Part shown: positions 22,028-35,135 of the stretch, one piece after another
Layout: the number at the start of each line of letters is the position of its first letter
Position numbering within the stretch: the stretch's first letter is position 1
Source of the DNA: Somniosus microcephalus
Lineage: Eukaryota
Length of the DNA stretch: 64,000 nt
NCBI GenBank assembly: GCA_052327205.1
Contig: CM126226.1
Span: 29,388,001 to 29,452,000, forward strand
Direction of reading: 5' to 3'
Position numbers and translations under genes: made by a program
Notes under the pieces: generated by a model
The model's input: the letters and a program-made list of their open reading frames with translations, nothing else
Told to the model about the DNA's origin: nothing
The model's database searches: none

Positions 22028-23440
22028 ATAAGAACATAAGAAATAAGAGCAGGAGTAGGCCACACGACCCCTCGAGCCTGCTCCACCATTCAATAAGACC
22101 ATGGCCAATCATAGACCTCAACTCCACTTTTCCGTCCAATCTCCATATCCCTTGATTCCCCTAGAGTCCAAAAATCTATCTATCTCAGCCTCGAAGACTC
22201 AGCATTCACAGCCCTCTGGGGCAGAGAATTCCAAAGATTCACAGCCCTCAGTGAAGAAATTCCTCCTCATCTCAGTCTTAAATGGCCAACCCCTTATCCT
22301 GAGACTGTGCCTCCTAGTTCTAGACACTCCAGCCTGGGGAAACAACTTCTCAGCATCTACCCTGTCAATCCCCTTCAGAATCTTGTATGTTTCAATGAGA
22401 TCACCTCGCATTCTTCTAAACTCCAGAGAGTATCGGCCCATTCTACACAATCTCTCCTCATAGGACAACCCTCTCATCCCAGGAATCAATCTAGTGAACC
22501 TTTGTTTCCAAGGCAAGTATATCCTTCCTTAGATAAGGAGACCAAAACTGTGCACAGTACTCCAGGTGTGGTCTCACCAAGGCCCTGTACAATTGTAGCA
22601 AGACTTCCTTACTCTTATACTCCAAACCCCTTGCAATAAAGGCCAACATGCCATTTGCCTGCCCTGCCATAGGCCCAGCAGCACCTATATTTCCTAAGGA
22701 GGCTGAAGGGATGTAACCTGTCACCCCTGATCCTCTCTAACTTTTACCGCTGCACAATAGAGAGCATCCTGACGAACTGTATCACAGTATGATATGGCAG
22801 CTGTAGCTCCTATGACCGGAAAGCCCTGCAGCGGGTAGTCAAAACTGCCCAACGCATTACCGGCACCCGGCTACCGACCATAGAGCACATATACCAGAAA
22901 CACTGTTTACGGAGGTCACTGACCATCATCAAAGACCCTACCCACCCCAGCCACAGTTTGTTCGGCCCCCTGCCATCTGGGAGATGCTACAGATGCATTC
23001 GCACCCGAACGACCAGATTTAGGAACAGCTTCTTTCCCAGGGCTGTCATCCTACTGAACTCTACAAATAAACTCTAAAGCCTGCACATCCGCCAATGCAC
23101 TTTATTATGTTTATGTTTATGTATTACAAGCCAAATGAATGTTGAATGTTATATGTCTTAATCAAAATGTACACTCTCGGGAGCCGCAAGCCTACATTTC
23201 GTTATACTGCACTTGTGCACTAACAATGACAATAAAGTTGATTATTATTATTATTGCTTGCTGTACCTGAATGCTAGCTTTCTGTGTTTCTTGCACGAGG
23301 ACACCCAACTCTCTCTGAAAACCAACATTTGAAAGTTTCACCATTTAAAAAATATTCTATTTTTCTATTCTTCCTACCAAAGTGAATAACCTCACATTTC
23401 CCCACATTATACTCCATCTGCCACCTTACTGCCCACGCAG
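22028..23440 (-). mobile_element. CR1 LINE 3' portion interrupted by a Rex1-like element
   Basis: CR1 RT C-terminus at 22028-22660 resumes at 23255-23440 (WQMEYNVGKCEVIHFGRKN). Confidence 0.9.
22661..23255 (+). mobile_element. Rex1/Babar-type LINE 3' end
   Basis: ILSNFYRCTIESILTNCITV..LQRVVKTAQRITG..KDPTHPSHSLF..LPSGR..RTRTTRFRNSFFP, then AATAAA and a (TTA)n tail. Confidence 0.85.
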
Positions 23441-23784
23441 TTGCTCTCTTCTCCCCCACTCCTCCCAGCATCAGTCACACCCCAGCTCCTAGGTCACACT
23501 AATGGACTGGTTTTTCACACTCCTGCCTCCACTAATCCCACACAGGCATGAAGGACATTTTTTTGACTAGCCATGTCCCAACACTCACAGAAAACCATCA
23601 GAATGCTTAAGCCTCCAAGCTAAACTACTGAGAAATCCATGCAAGTATAGATTCCATTTGCCTGATAAAAATGTGCACTCTCTCCCCACTAACCTAAAAG
23701 CACAGAACGTAGGCAATGTGGCAAGAGGCAAGGCTTAAGATCCCTCAAGTATGCATTGAGGTACTGGTGGGGTTTAACTAGTTA

Positions 23785-24735
23785 AAACTGCATTTAGATT
23801 TAATAGAGGTCTTCAAAATGATGAGGGGTTTTGATAAGAATAGGGAGAAACTGTTTCCACCATCGGGAGGGTCGGTAATCAGAGGACACAGATGATTTAA
23901 GATAAGGTCATGTTTATTTCCAACACCAGATTTCTGATTGGTCACCTTGGAGGACAAGACCTGATTTCTGATTGGTCCCCTTGGAAGACAAGACACACCC
24001 ATCAGTTTCTCTGCCTCCAATCCCCTCTCTCTGATCCCTTCGATCCTCTCTCCCCCTCCAATCCCTCTCCCCGTCCCCCGAACACCTCTTCATCCCGACC
24101 TCCCCAACCCCCTCGCTCTCATCCCACTCTCTTCCCCGACCCCCCGCGCCCTTCCCCGACCCTCATCCCTCTCTTCCCTGACCCTCTTTCCCTCATCTCT
24201 CTCCCTCATCCCTCTCTCTCCCTTCCCCGACCCTCTCTCTCTCTCGAACCCCCTCTCTCCAGTCTCTTCCCCCCTCCGATCCCCCCTCTCTTCTTACGCA
24301 GCCAATGAGAGCATGGCCCACGCTGCAGGCCGCAATAGTTGGGTAATGCACGTGCGCGACTTCGGTAAACTGCGCAGAAGGGGATCGGGTGTGCACGCGC
24401 GGCTCTGGGAAACAACACGCACGCGCAGGTGGCTGCAAAGGTGTTCGTGTGGATAATCACTCTGTTAAGATAATTGTCAAAAGAACCAGAGGGACAATGA
24501 GGATGAATTATTTTACACAATGAGTGGTTATGTCTGGAATGCACTGCCTGAAAGGGTGGTGGAAGCTGATTGAATAGTAACTTTCAAAAGGAAATTGGAT
24601 ATATACTGTACCTGAAAAGGAAAAATTTGCAGAGCTATGAGGAAAGAGCAGGGGATTTTTGACTAATTGGAGAGATCTTTCAAAGAGCCACCACAGGCAC
24701 GATGGGGTGCATGGCCTCCTGTGCTGCAAGATTCA
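23785..24735 (+). mobile_element. Old CR1 3' fragment interrupted by an insertion at 23906-24464
   Basis: DLIEVFKMMRGFD..TRGH-like segment at 23785-23905 continues at 24465-24735. Confidence 0.7.
23906..24464. mobile_element. Unclassified non-autonomous insertion flanked by a 9-bp direct repeat
   Basis: TTAAGATAA at 23897-23905 and 24465-24473. The interior has CCAAT motifs, a CT-rich tract and a CpG-rich segment. Confidence 0.6.
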
Positions 24736-25289
24736 ATGAATGCTTACTAGTACAGAGCACTGATGAATTTCTCACTGCTTGTCTAGCAAGGACCACCTTA
24801 AATGTTCAGGTATTGGCTTGTTTATTGGGAAATCCTAGCAACCAGGGACAGGGCCTACTTCCACAGGTAGGCCACAGCATGGACAGATGCACACTATAGT
24901 TTCATCAGTGACTCCCTGCCTCTCTTCCACTCAAGTCACTGGTTGGCACTGAACCCTGGATATTTGAGTGTACATTCACATACCCAGCCTTGGAGTTTCT
25001 TCATCAGCTGTTTGATAGAGATCTGCCTTCAGCCTGGTGGAAAGACCTATATTGCAGGAAGCTTGCAATGTACCAGCCACCTCGACGGCCTTGACATTCA
25101 TACCAAGAGGGCGATGCTGCAAAAATTCCACTATGCAAACTTGGCAGACTGTGTGTGCATCTGCACCAGGCTTTGGGATTTATTTACCATTTCATTACGT
25201 CTGTGTAATCTCAAATGGCAGCAGAAACTTGCACTGTCCACAACGTACATTAAAGCGAGAGGAAAAAAAACAAAAATCACAGGAAACTC

Positions 25290-27152
25290 TATACCAGTAC
25301 ACCAGCTTTTATTATAAAAAAAAATCCTGGACAGGGAGCCTCTCCACAGGCTCTGTTCGTTTTGGTCTGAATAAATAAATCATTTTCTAAATACAAGCAA
25401 ATTAAAGACAATAAAGAGTAAAATCACACACTTGCAGCCGGAGGCAAGAAAATTAAATTCAGAGTTAAATAAATAAAAAAGAGAGTCAGGTAGGAAAGCG
25501 CAGAATAAATACAGCTTAAATTAAACATCATATTTTTCCTTTTTAAGCAAAAGTTTCTATCTCAAACTATTTCTGAAAAGATTTACAAAATATATATATA
25601 TATATATATCTGTCAGATTCCTATAAATCAGGAGATAAAATTCAGGCTGTGCAAATTCACTTTCTTTTTTGTTTTTAATTTAAAAAATAACCTAGATTTG
25701 GAAAAAAGGATTCCCCCCCCGCCCATCAATAATGTTGTGTGCAAAACTCCCCCCCCAGACAACGAGCTACATTGTCCTTATTGCTATTTTGTTTAAGGAT
25801 CATTACGGAAGTGCGTTACAATTACACACAGACATCAGGAGAGGGAACCTCTGAAATGGGAATGTTTGCAGGACGTGGAGATCAGACACTGAATTTCAGG
25901 GGAGTTTACCTTTGGGATTTAGCAATATGGTGCATTGTTGGCCGCTTGTATTAACAGTCATAGTACCCATCACTGCACCTCCAGGAGTGGGTAGAGGTAG
26001 TCTTTGAACTGGCCGAGTGGCTCATGACTGCCATCATTTGGATGTGGTAGGAAAACCTGCCCCTCATTATACATGTGATGAAATATTGCCCGACTGGCAA
26101 TAGTGCTCCCATTGGATTTTAAACACTAGCCCAACATCCAGAGGACGTACCCAGTGCCCCATTGTGTGGTAGTGTGTTCCAACTGTTTGATCACACACAC
26201 AAGGACGACCGTCATCTTTCATGGGCACCAAGCATGTTCCAGCCCAAATCGTGGGAGATCGGGAATGCACCATTACAATGTGGAAATCATTCATTAGGGC
26301 CTGATGAAAGGATTATCAGGTCAGCCAACTGAGAAATGATGTGTGCGCTTCAGCCAGTCGTGGCTTGACTGTCACATCATTTCTAGAGTTTAAAATGGCG
26401 TTAAACATGTTTAAAGTTTGCAAAAATTACATTTATACAGTCGTTGAATTAGTGTTCTACACGCCATCTATTAAACTTGGTCTGGTTTAACTCCAAGTTT
26501 GCTAACAGCAAGCTGGTGCATCAGACCCTAAGAAATAGGAAATGTAGAGTTCAAAAAAATAAATGTTTCCTGAGAGAGTCTCAACTTTAATATAAAAGAA
26601 ACTCTGAAGATGGGGTTAGATAAGGAGACATGCCCTGCGACAGTCCTATTACTGGGCACTGGTGGGGGGGGGGGGGGGGTGGTGGGGGGAGTTCCCCTGT
26701 TGCTCATAAAAGAATGAAGCCAACAAACCAATCTACAATGTACTGATTAAACTACACACTGCCCAATAGAACTGAATGCTGTTTGGATCCAAATGAACCA
26801 TTTCATTCCCTCCACTCACACTCACACACACACACAGCACCTACTCAGCAATTCAATTATGGCCACTTCAGCTCAAGATCTTCTGGATGGCTCCCCGTCC
26901 TCCCAAGACAGAGTCGTGTTGGACCCTTGCCAGTGGGAATCCCAAAAACTGGAAGAGAGAAGTCATGAAGTCCGCCTGGTTCCCTTTTTTTTTCCTCCTC
27001 CAAATTTTAAAAAAGAGAACCGAGTTTCTCTCCAGCGCCAGGTCCCTTCAGCACTCTCAAGTACATAATCATTGTCCCATTCAAGTATTGCAAGTCATGT
27101 GGAAAAGGTTTTTTTGGGGGGGGGGGGTTACCCCCTGGGATGCAGGAAGAGT
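25290..27152 (-). other. EPHA2: EPHA2 3' UTR (predicted)
   Basis: Lies between the stop codon and the AATAAA/GU-rich signal. Contains ATTTA clusters (~25370-25510) and two miR-26 seed matches. Confidence 0.6.
25308..25313 (-). terminator. EPHA2: Probable EPHA2 polyadenylation signal (AATAAA)
   Basis: Plus-strand TTTATT. On the minus strand it is followed by a GU/U-rich tract (GTGATTTTTGTTTTTTTT) and preceded by an AU-rich region with several ATTTA motifs. Confidence 0.65.
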
Positions 27153-27261
27153 TCACACAGTGTATACACCCATGCTGCTAGCCTGCTCCTGCAGGCCCAG
27201 AATGCTGTAAGCAATCCGCTTCTGGTGCCCTGGTAACCGGACTCCGATCTTTTTCACATCC
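27153..27261 (-). CDS. EPHA2: EphA2 last exon (human exon 17 equivalent): SAM C-terminus and PDZ-binding end
   Basis: (E)[41 protein letters not shown] acceptor at 27262-27264. Confidence 0.95.
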
Positions 27262-29225
27262 CTGGGGGGGGGGAAAAAAACAGGGTCAGAATATGTAAAG
27301 TGGAAGGGGCGCCTCTGTTCTTAATAAATCTTTGCACTGGTGATTTTTAGTCACTATTCCCCAATGCCTAATGACTTTGCAAACAAAGGCAAGATTTCAT
27401 CTACTTGGTATTTCTAATAAAATTGTGACCAAATGCTAGAAACAGCGAAGTCTTCCTGCATCTGGCTAGAATGCAACTACGCACAAGCCTAGATGCCAGT
27501 TTGCAATGTTAGCATCGGCACCTGGAACAGTGATCCTTTCAACAGAAGTGGTAAACCCATTTTAAATAAACAGGCAAATGCCTCGGTATGAATGGCAGAC
27601 GGAGGAATGTCAAACAAACTGATAAAAGCATTCGCATGCCAACATCTCCAACAGTCATTTCGAAGCTCTAGACACCAGAGGAAATGATCCCCACAGGCAA
27701 GCTTTACTCTCCGAGACTGCTTAGACTTGTCTCCAGGACAGCTTGGGAAAGAACAGGTCAGTTCCCATCCTCCCAGATGAGGAAGGGCTGTAAAGACATG
27801 GACCACATTGGGTTTCTTTGTCCACCTCCACTTGTCCTCGTCTCGATGGAGAGAAAGTACCTGACATTTACACTCAAAACACTTCCTGTTCAGTGAGAGA
27901 GCATGCAGATCCTGGGGCAAACCTGTTATACAAGGTGATCCCAGCCTGTTTCACTGCTCTGTTCTGCACTTACGATGTATGCAAATTCTTGCGTTGTTTG
28001 CCGGGTTTGTTTTAAAGCTCCGCAGTGTGGGTTTTTTTTTGCTACACCCGGATAGTTAGGTCTGCTTTCCAGAACAGGCCGCCTGTCTCCCGGGATACCT
28101 ACATTTATTTACCCAACACTGAGGAACGCAATGGTCTACTTCACTCAAATGCATTTGCCACAATCCTCCACCTTCAGTAAATTCCTTTGAAAGCCGCCAG
28201 TGTTGTGACTGGGAGTTCTGGCTACTAAACACCTGGTTTGTAAACTGTTTGCTTTGTTTTCGCTTCCCATTTTTCCTTTCTCAATCGTTTTCTCTCCCAC
28301 CTTTTTTCTTAAATATATGAGCACTCACATTATTTTTGGGCGTTTTAATTCCGTCTGTCCCAACCACTCCCAGGAGCCCATTATGTGTCTGTCTGTCTCC
28401 GTCTTGCTGTTACTACAGGTTGAATCAGTTTTATACCAATGATGAAGGTGGAGCTTTCACTCAATGCTCAGCAATTAAAGAGCAGATTCACGCTCGTTTA
28501 GGACTATGGGTAAGTTTTGCCTCCATTAGGATGAAACGGCCTCTTTCTCTCATCTTACAGCAACAGTGGGAGTACTGAACCACTGTTACAGCAAACCGGG
28601 CCAAGGCAACGTTGATTACAGTATGCTGGGTCGGATATGTTTATTTAGTCAAGTGATATCTCCGTGTCAGACAGCGGGGTTAGCTTGTCCTCAATGGTGC
28701 AATGAAAACTATTAATAGCACTTCCTTGAAGTGCCTACATATCCATGTGACATTCCCCAGGAAAGCAGACATTTTCCCAGCAACTTGAGATATTATTAAA
28801 CATCCTTTTCATGCCGAGGGCTCTAGCTGCAAACTGATGAACAAAATGAGATTAAAAGTTTAGCAGATTTAGATTATATTGGGGGGGGGGCGAGGAATCC
28901 CTCTTAGAAAGAATGCCACTGGCATTGGAGTGACTTGGCACACAACTTACTGTCGTACCATCTCCAAGAGAGTGGGCATGGCGGTCACGGTTTTGTGAAG
29001 GTTTAGGAACGGACTCATCATAGGCAACCTGTCCAGTTATACATTGAGACACAGACTCCATGTCACTGGGAACAATCAGAACTTGTTGGAAGCTCCCAGT
29101 GCGAGAAATCAACAGCCTGGAAACTGACACGAGCAGGAAGCATTTCCTCCAGGAGAGGTGCACAGTCCAGGCTGTGCCGTGACCCGCAGGACGGTGATGG
29201 AGCAGCCCTCCCTAAATGTACTCAC

Positions 29226-29381
29226 TCTGTGGTTAGCTGAACAATGTGCTCCATGGTACTGTATCCTGCTGCCATAAAATTCTCCAAGTACTGTCCCATC
29301 TTTATAGACTCCAACCACTCGGTGACTGTACGGAAGATCATACCATCGGCTCCACTGGTGCTGGGCAGGCGGATGGACACG
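29226..29381 (-). CDS. EPHA2: EphA2 exon 16 equivalent: linker and SAM
   Basis: (R)[51 protein letters not shown]; 156 nt, AG/GT. Confidence 0.95.
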
Positions 29382-29901
29382 CTGCAGAGAAACATTAGAT
29401 GCGTTAGACCATGGGCAATTAGAATTTATTTACAAGCTTGGGATGCACAGCAATGTGCTAAGTCCAGCTACATCACAAAATGGAAACCGCTGAGGCAGGA
29501 GTATGGGAAGTGGCTAACCATCATTTCCTTACGCTGGTGTTAAAGATGTTACAGGATTGTCTACACAGCTATCCTTGTGGTCTCCCTGGGTAGGCCTGCC
29601 AATTTGTGCCATGGTACGGACAACTCTGCTGTGGACTCACTTCACTAGAAATGGCCCCTAATCCATTTCATCGACAGCCCTTACAGCTCGCAGAGATCTT
29701 CATCCCAATCCAGAGCATAGTTCCAGATTGAGCCTTATTAAATGCAGACCAATCAAGGCTCAAATTTGGAGTGACACACTTACTTTGATTGAAAACGGTT
29801 GCCTATTTTAATACGTCTTAAATATGTGGACAGAACCGTGTGTGTTTAAACTAGATTACATTGAGCCGCCTTCCTAACATTTCCCCAACAGCAACAGTTC
29901 T

Positions 29902-30096
29902 GAGTGAATGGGCTGGATATTTACTGGGGAGGGATGTGTAGGCAGGGCGAGTGGATTGGCTGGATATTTACTGGGGAGGATTGTGTCGGCAGGGCGAGTG
30001 AATGGGCTGGATATTTACTGGGGAGGATTGTGTCGGCAGGGCGAGTGGATTGGCTGGATATTTACTGGGGAGGATTGTGTTTGCAAGGCGAGTGGA
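29902..30096. repeat. 47-bp minisatellite, ~4 copies
   Basis: GAGTGGATTGGCTGGATATTTACTGGGGAGGATTGTGTCGGCAGGGC units start at 29902, 29949, 29996 and 30043. Confidence 0.9.
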
Positions 30097-32226
30097 AATC
30101 CATTATCATATCTTCACGATTTAGTCCTGGTCCACAGACAGCATTCTTCACAGGCCCCAGGAACACAGGAATCATTGCATCACATGGAGTGTTTGATCAA
30201 CTCTGTCCCTATAACCCCCAATCCCATTCCAAACCAGAGATTTACTTGACTTCTTTTTGACTGTTTTAATTGACTCAGCATCAACTGGTTTGACTGGAGT
30301 CCAGTCCCCTGTGGGTGACAAGAGTTTATTCCGATCCTTAATCTTATTCAGGGACCTGTTAACCTCCGCAAAGTTAGCCTGATTCAGTATGGTCCCAAGC
30401 TTGGGAGTAACTGCAACCCAGGGCAGTGAAGGGTTAATATATCGGAGCCAGTTCACTGCAGAGACTGCGAATACAATACACAGATCTACTCAAGTTCACA
30501 TGCTCACCTTCGGCAAACATAAATCCTTAATTATTTTCTGTCCTGAACTAGTCAGACATGCCTTGATTGGCTACGGGCAATTTGATCAGGTCCCAGCATT
30601 GTTCAGATAGGAGTTTTTGTGGTTTCTCCATTGTCCATGCACCTGGAGCACTGGAATGTGCTTCGGAGACTACAGAGCCATCAAGTACAGAGCTGGATCC
30701 CCGCCAGCACAGAGATTTCATTACCACTACTACATATGCAGTGCAACAAATCGAATTCAACAGTTAGGGCCAGATTGCTACCCCAATGTATACAGCACCA
30801 GTGTGGGCCGGACCTGCACCAGAGATTGCCTGGCACCAGCATGGCTGGCTGCACGTGCTTGCTCGAACATCTCATGTATACACTGCGCGAGTCTTTGACC
30901 GTTTCTCACTCATACGGAGAGGTCACTCAGTCCCCACACTTTGATGTTTTTTGGCAGCAGTAGAGAGTTAAACTTTTGGATACTCAGTACAATGGTTAAA
31001 GAATATCGCTTTCTTGTAAACATAGAATGCTTTTTTAATAAAGAAAGATGATTTGGACACTTCCCTCATTCCTTCCAGCACATACAGATAACTCAGACAT
31101 CACACATACCGACCTCTCTCACACCACACACAATCATACACATGGATAGCCCAGACATCACCCATACCGACCTCTCTCTCTCTCTCACACACACACACTC
31201 ATACACATGGATAGCCCAGACATCACACTTACAGATAGAAAACGAAACACAATCCCAACATCATTCAGATGGAGGACTCAGATATCATACATACAGAGGG
31301 ATAACCACTTCGTTCTCTCTCACACACACAGCCCAACATCATACATGTTGGATAAGCCTGACTTCGCACGAACACAAAATAAACAGGGTGACCATGACTG
31401 GGATGGGTAGGGGTGTGAAGCGGATGAGTTTATTGATCTTGGTGGTCACCAAACAAATCTCATTAAATGTTCAGTAAATCCCTAGATTAAACCTCTAAGC
31501 AAGTTGGTTTACTTGTGATCCCATTCAATGCCCATCAACTCACAACTGATAGGAAGCTGGAAACCCCAGGCGGATGTCCCATGGAGCCTACCAATCTACG
31601 AGGTATTTTGGACAATTTTCTTCTGATATTGAACCAAGTCTTCAATCAATCAACTGCTGGCCGTTTATCAGGTCAAAAAAGCCTGTTCACCTTCATTTAG
31701 TTGTCAAAGTTGAGCATGGATAGTACTGATGTCTGACTTCAGAAGGATGGTGCCAGTGTACTAGCGTAAGTTTGCCCACTAGCAGAGAAACAGTGAACTG
31801 ATTTGGGAGTGGTTTGTTAATTTTCTTCTCACGGTGTTAATTTGTGCTGGGATGCCCTCCAGTACCACACCCAAGTGACCATTCTTTACGTGAAAGGCTA
31901 AAACAGTGCGGGTCAGCGGGCTCTTTGACCGCAGCGGGAACATCACAGCCAAGCCCAATCCTGTCCTCATCCAACATCGACACGCGCACACTTTCCAGCT
32001 GGGGTCACTGGATAGTGATCAGGACTGGGAACTCTGGCTGATCTTTAGGCTCATCTCCCTTCCTACCTCAGCGGCACGGAGGCCAACCGCAGTGCCCCAT
32101 CTGAAACCAACTAACCAGATTTGGGAGTGAGGTGAAATGCATTTGAACTCAGCAACGCAAGTCATCAGCTGATTCCAGCCCTTCTGAACAGAATGTGGGG
32201 GCGCTTTCATTTCCCACAGGACCTAC

Positions 32227-32420
32227 CGTGGATCGAAATCGGCGATGTTTTTCAAGGAGTCTGGGTTGCGGATCAATTTATCGAGGATGTTGACAATGTC
32301 ACAGAATTTGGGTCGTTTGGTCCTCTCCTGTTGCCAGCACTGCATCATCAGCTGGTAGATGGCCGAGGGACAGTCCATCGGAGCAGGCAGGCGGAATCCT
32401 TCATTTATCGATTTCATCAC
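32227..32420 (-). CDS. EPHA2: EphA2 exon 15 equivalent: kinase C-lobe
   Basis: [45 protein letters not shown]; 194 nt. Confidence 0.97.
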
Positions 32421-32792
32421 CTACAAAAAGATACAAACAGCAGCTGTTGAATTCAATAACCTGGGACACGGACATGTACCAGCTGTTTACAACTTGAAAT
32501 GCCAGGGGAAATAAGGCCCAGCAATGATCAAGAGATCGCATGTCAAGGGAGGCGAGAAACTCTTAACATGTTCCTCAGTCTAACTGCTGGTTATAAGGCT
32601 CCTACTTAAAATGAGGGTAGTCGAGCCCCTAGTAAGCATGGATCCACAGCAAAAAACAGTCCCTAAACTGGCAATCTCACTCAGGGAGATAGGTTGTGTG
32701 GGAAATGGAAAATGCCACACTGGTGCAGTAGGGTGCTTTCAAAGGCTAAAGTTAAGATGTACATTGTTGGGACAGTGCATCTAACCAGTGTA

Positions 32793-33572
32793 CAGGTAGA
32801 CTATCCTTTATCCGAACTTCCGAAAACCTCTAAAAACCAAAAGTTTTTTCATTCAGCGTAAGTCGTGCGCACGACATGACCAGAGTGGCGCACGACTTAC
32901 GCTGAGCAGGGCAGAAGGTCAGAGTTCCCTCCTGGGTAGGAGATTGCAGGCCGAGCCGGGCAGTGTGAAGGAGGTACCGGGAGAGTGAACCCAACAATAC
33001 AGCGGCCCGTCCGATAGCTGCAGCGGCCCGTCCGATATTCTTTTCTCCCCCCCCACCCCCCGACCCGACCCAAACCGCGGCCCGTCCAATATTCTTTTCT
33101 CCCCCCCCCCGGATATTCTTTTCTCCCCGACCCAACCCGACCCGAACGATATTCTTTTCTCCCCCCCCACCCCCCGACCGACCCAAACCGCGGCCCGTCC
33201 GATATTCTTTTCACCCCCCCCCCCGGATATTCTTTTCTCCCCGACCCAACCCGACCCGAACGATATTCTTTTCTCCCCCCGACCCCCGCCCGACCTGAAC
33301 CGCGGCCCGTCCGATATTCTTTTCTCCCTCCCCACCCGACCCCCGACCTGATTTGCGGGCCAGCTTAGTAGGAGTCAGCCAATATCCGGCTTTCCAGAGA
33401 AGCAGGAAGGGGAATGAGACACGGAACAGTCGCAAGAGGTAGCCTGAACTTTTAAAATTTATATTAAATACAAATTTTCCAGTCTTATAATAATACCTTC
33501 TGAAATCCGAAAAATTCCGAAAACCGAAACTCAGCTGGCCCCAAGGCTTTCGGATAAGGGATAGTGTACCTG
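32793..33572. mobile_element. Tc1/mariner (pogo/Tigger-like) MITE with internal tandem repeats
   Basis: TIRs CAGGTAGACTATCCTTTATCCGAA and TTCGGATAAGGGATAGTGTACCTG, with TA on both flanks. Confidence 0.85.
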
Positions 33573-34185
33573 TAGTAACTGAGTTGAGTGTGCTTGGTGC
33601 CCAAAATGGAAACTGTTCCATTCCCCAGCACTAACACCCCTCATCTTAATTAGTATAAAATGTTAAATTCAGTCCTCGGAGCAATAAATTGCCAAACATC
33701 CTCACATGTAAACAGCCAAGCAACAAGACTATGTAGTTGAAATCCTCAAAAATCATTCGACGGGAACCATGCTCCTATTGTTTATTATTCCACATCTGCA
33801 TCTTGTGGTAGTTTGTTAATTAACAGATTAAAAAGTTTGTTTGAAATTGGGGAAGTTCTAAAAGACAACATCCTTCTGCAAGTATTACTGTATTTGCAGG
33901 CAGTCATTCCTCTGCACTGTTGCACTGCCGCCTCTCTGTCCCCCCCAGCTGCCCTTCTGCCCCTCACTGTTCTTCAACTGCCTCCTCCCTCCCGCATTGC
34001 CTCTTCTGCACCTGTGCTATTTGGTTACTCCAGTGTTGCCTCTTCTGTTCCTCTGTGCTATTGGTTGCCCCAGCATTGCCTCTTCCTGCATTTTTATGCT
34101 CTTCAGTATCCCCTGCATTGTTTTTCTGCCCCTCTGTGCTCTTAGTTGCCCCATGCACACCATTCCTGCCCCTCTTATTTGGTTA

Positions 34186-34383
<198 letters not shown>

Positions 34384-34544
34384 CTAAAAGAAACACATCT
34401 TCAGCAACTGAGGAGTGCAGAGTTCCTCCAATAGCCTTAAAAATAATAGTCCCAGGAATTCAGAGCTTGCTATTGATAGTTTCAGCTTGTTATATGATAA
34501 ATGCCCATACAGATTGTGCCACTTCAGGTACATTTCCCACACCA

Positions 34545-35135
34545 CAGAGTACAAAAGTAGAGAAGTTGTGCTGAATCTTTATAAAGCGCTGGTTAGGCCA
34601 CAACTGGAGTATTGCATCCAGTTCTGGTCACCACACTTTAGGAAGGATGTGAAGGCCCTTGAGAAGGTGCAGAGGAGATTTACCAGAATGGTTCTGGGGA
34701 TGGGGGATCTTAGCTACAAGGACAGGTTGGAGAAGCTGGATTTGTTTTCATTAGAGCAAAGGAGGTTGAGGGGTGATTTGATAGAGGTGTACAAGATTAT
34801 GATGGGTTTGGATAGGCTAGACAGGGAAAGGCTGTTCCCACTAGTTGATGGTACAAGGACTAGGGGACACAGATTTAAGGTTTTGGGCAAGGGATACAGG
34901 GGGGATGTGAGGAAAAACACTTTTACACAGCAAGTGGTGATGACCTGGAACTCGCTGCCGACGGAAGTGGTGGAAGCGGAGACACTCAATGTTTTCAAGG
35001 GGAGGCTGGATAGGCACTTGAGGGAAATAAACTTGCAGGGCTACAGGGATAGAGCGGGGGAATGGATTGCTCTACAGAGTGCCGGCACGGACTCGATGAG
35101 CCGAATGGCCTCCTTCTGTGCTGTTATGACTATGA
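34545..35135 (+). mobile_element. CR1 LINE 3' fragment
   Basis: EYKSREVVLNLYKALVRPQLEYCIQFWSP..RGH..WN, ending in a (TATGAC)n tail. Confidence 0.92.

Noticed and set aside
33900-34170. Overlapping short ORFs over a ~45-50-bp degenerate repeat
   Set aside because: Decayed CT-rich tandem repeat in intron 14; no coding evidence.
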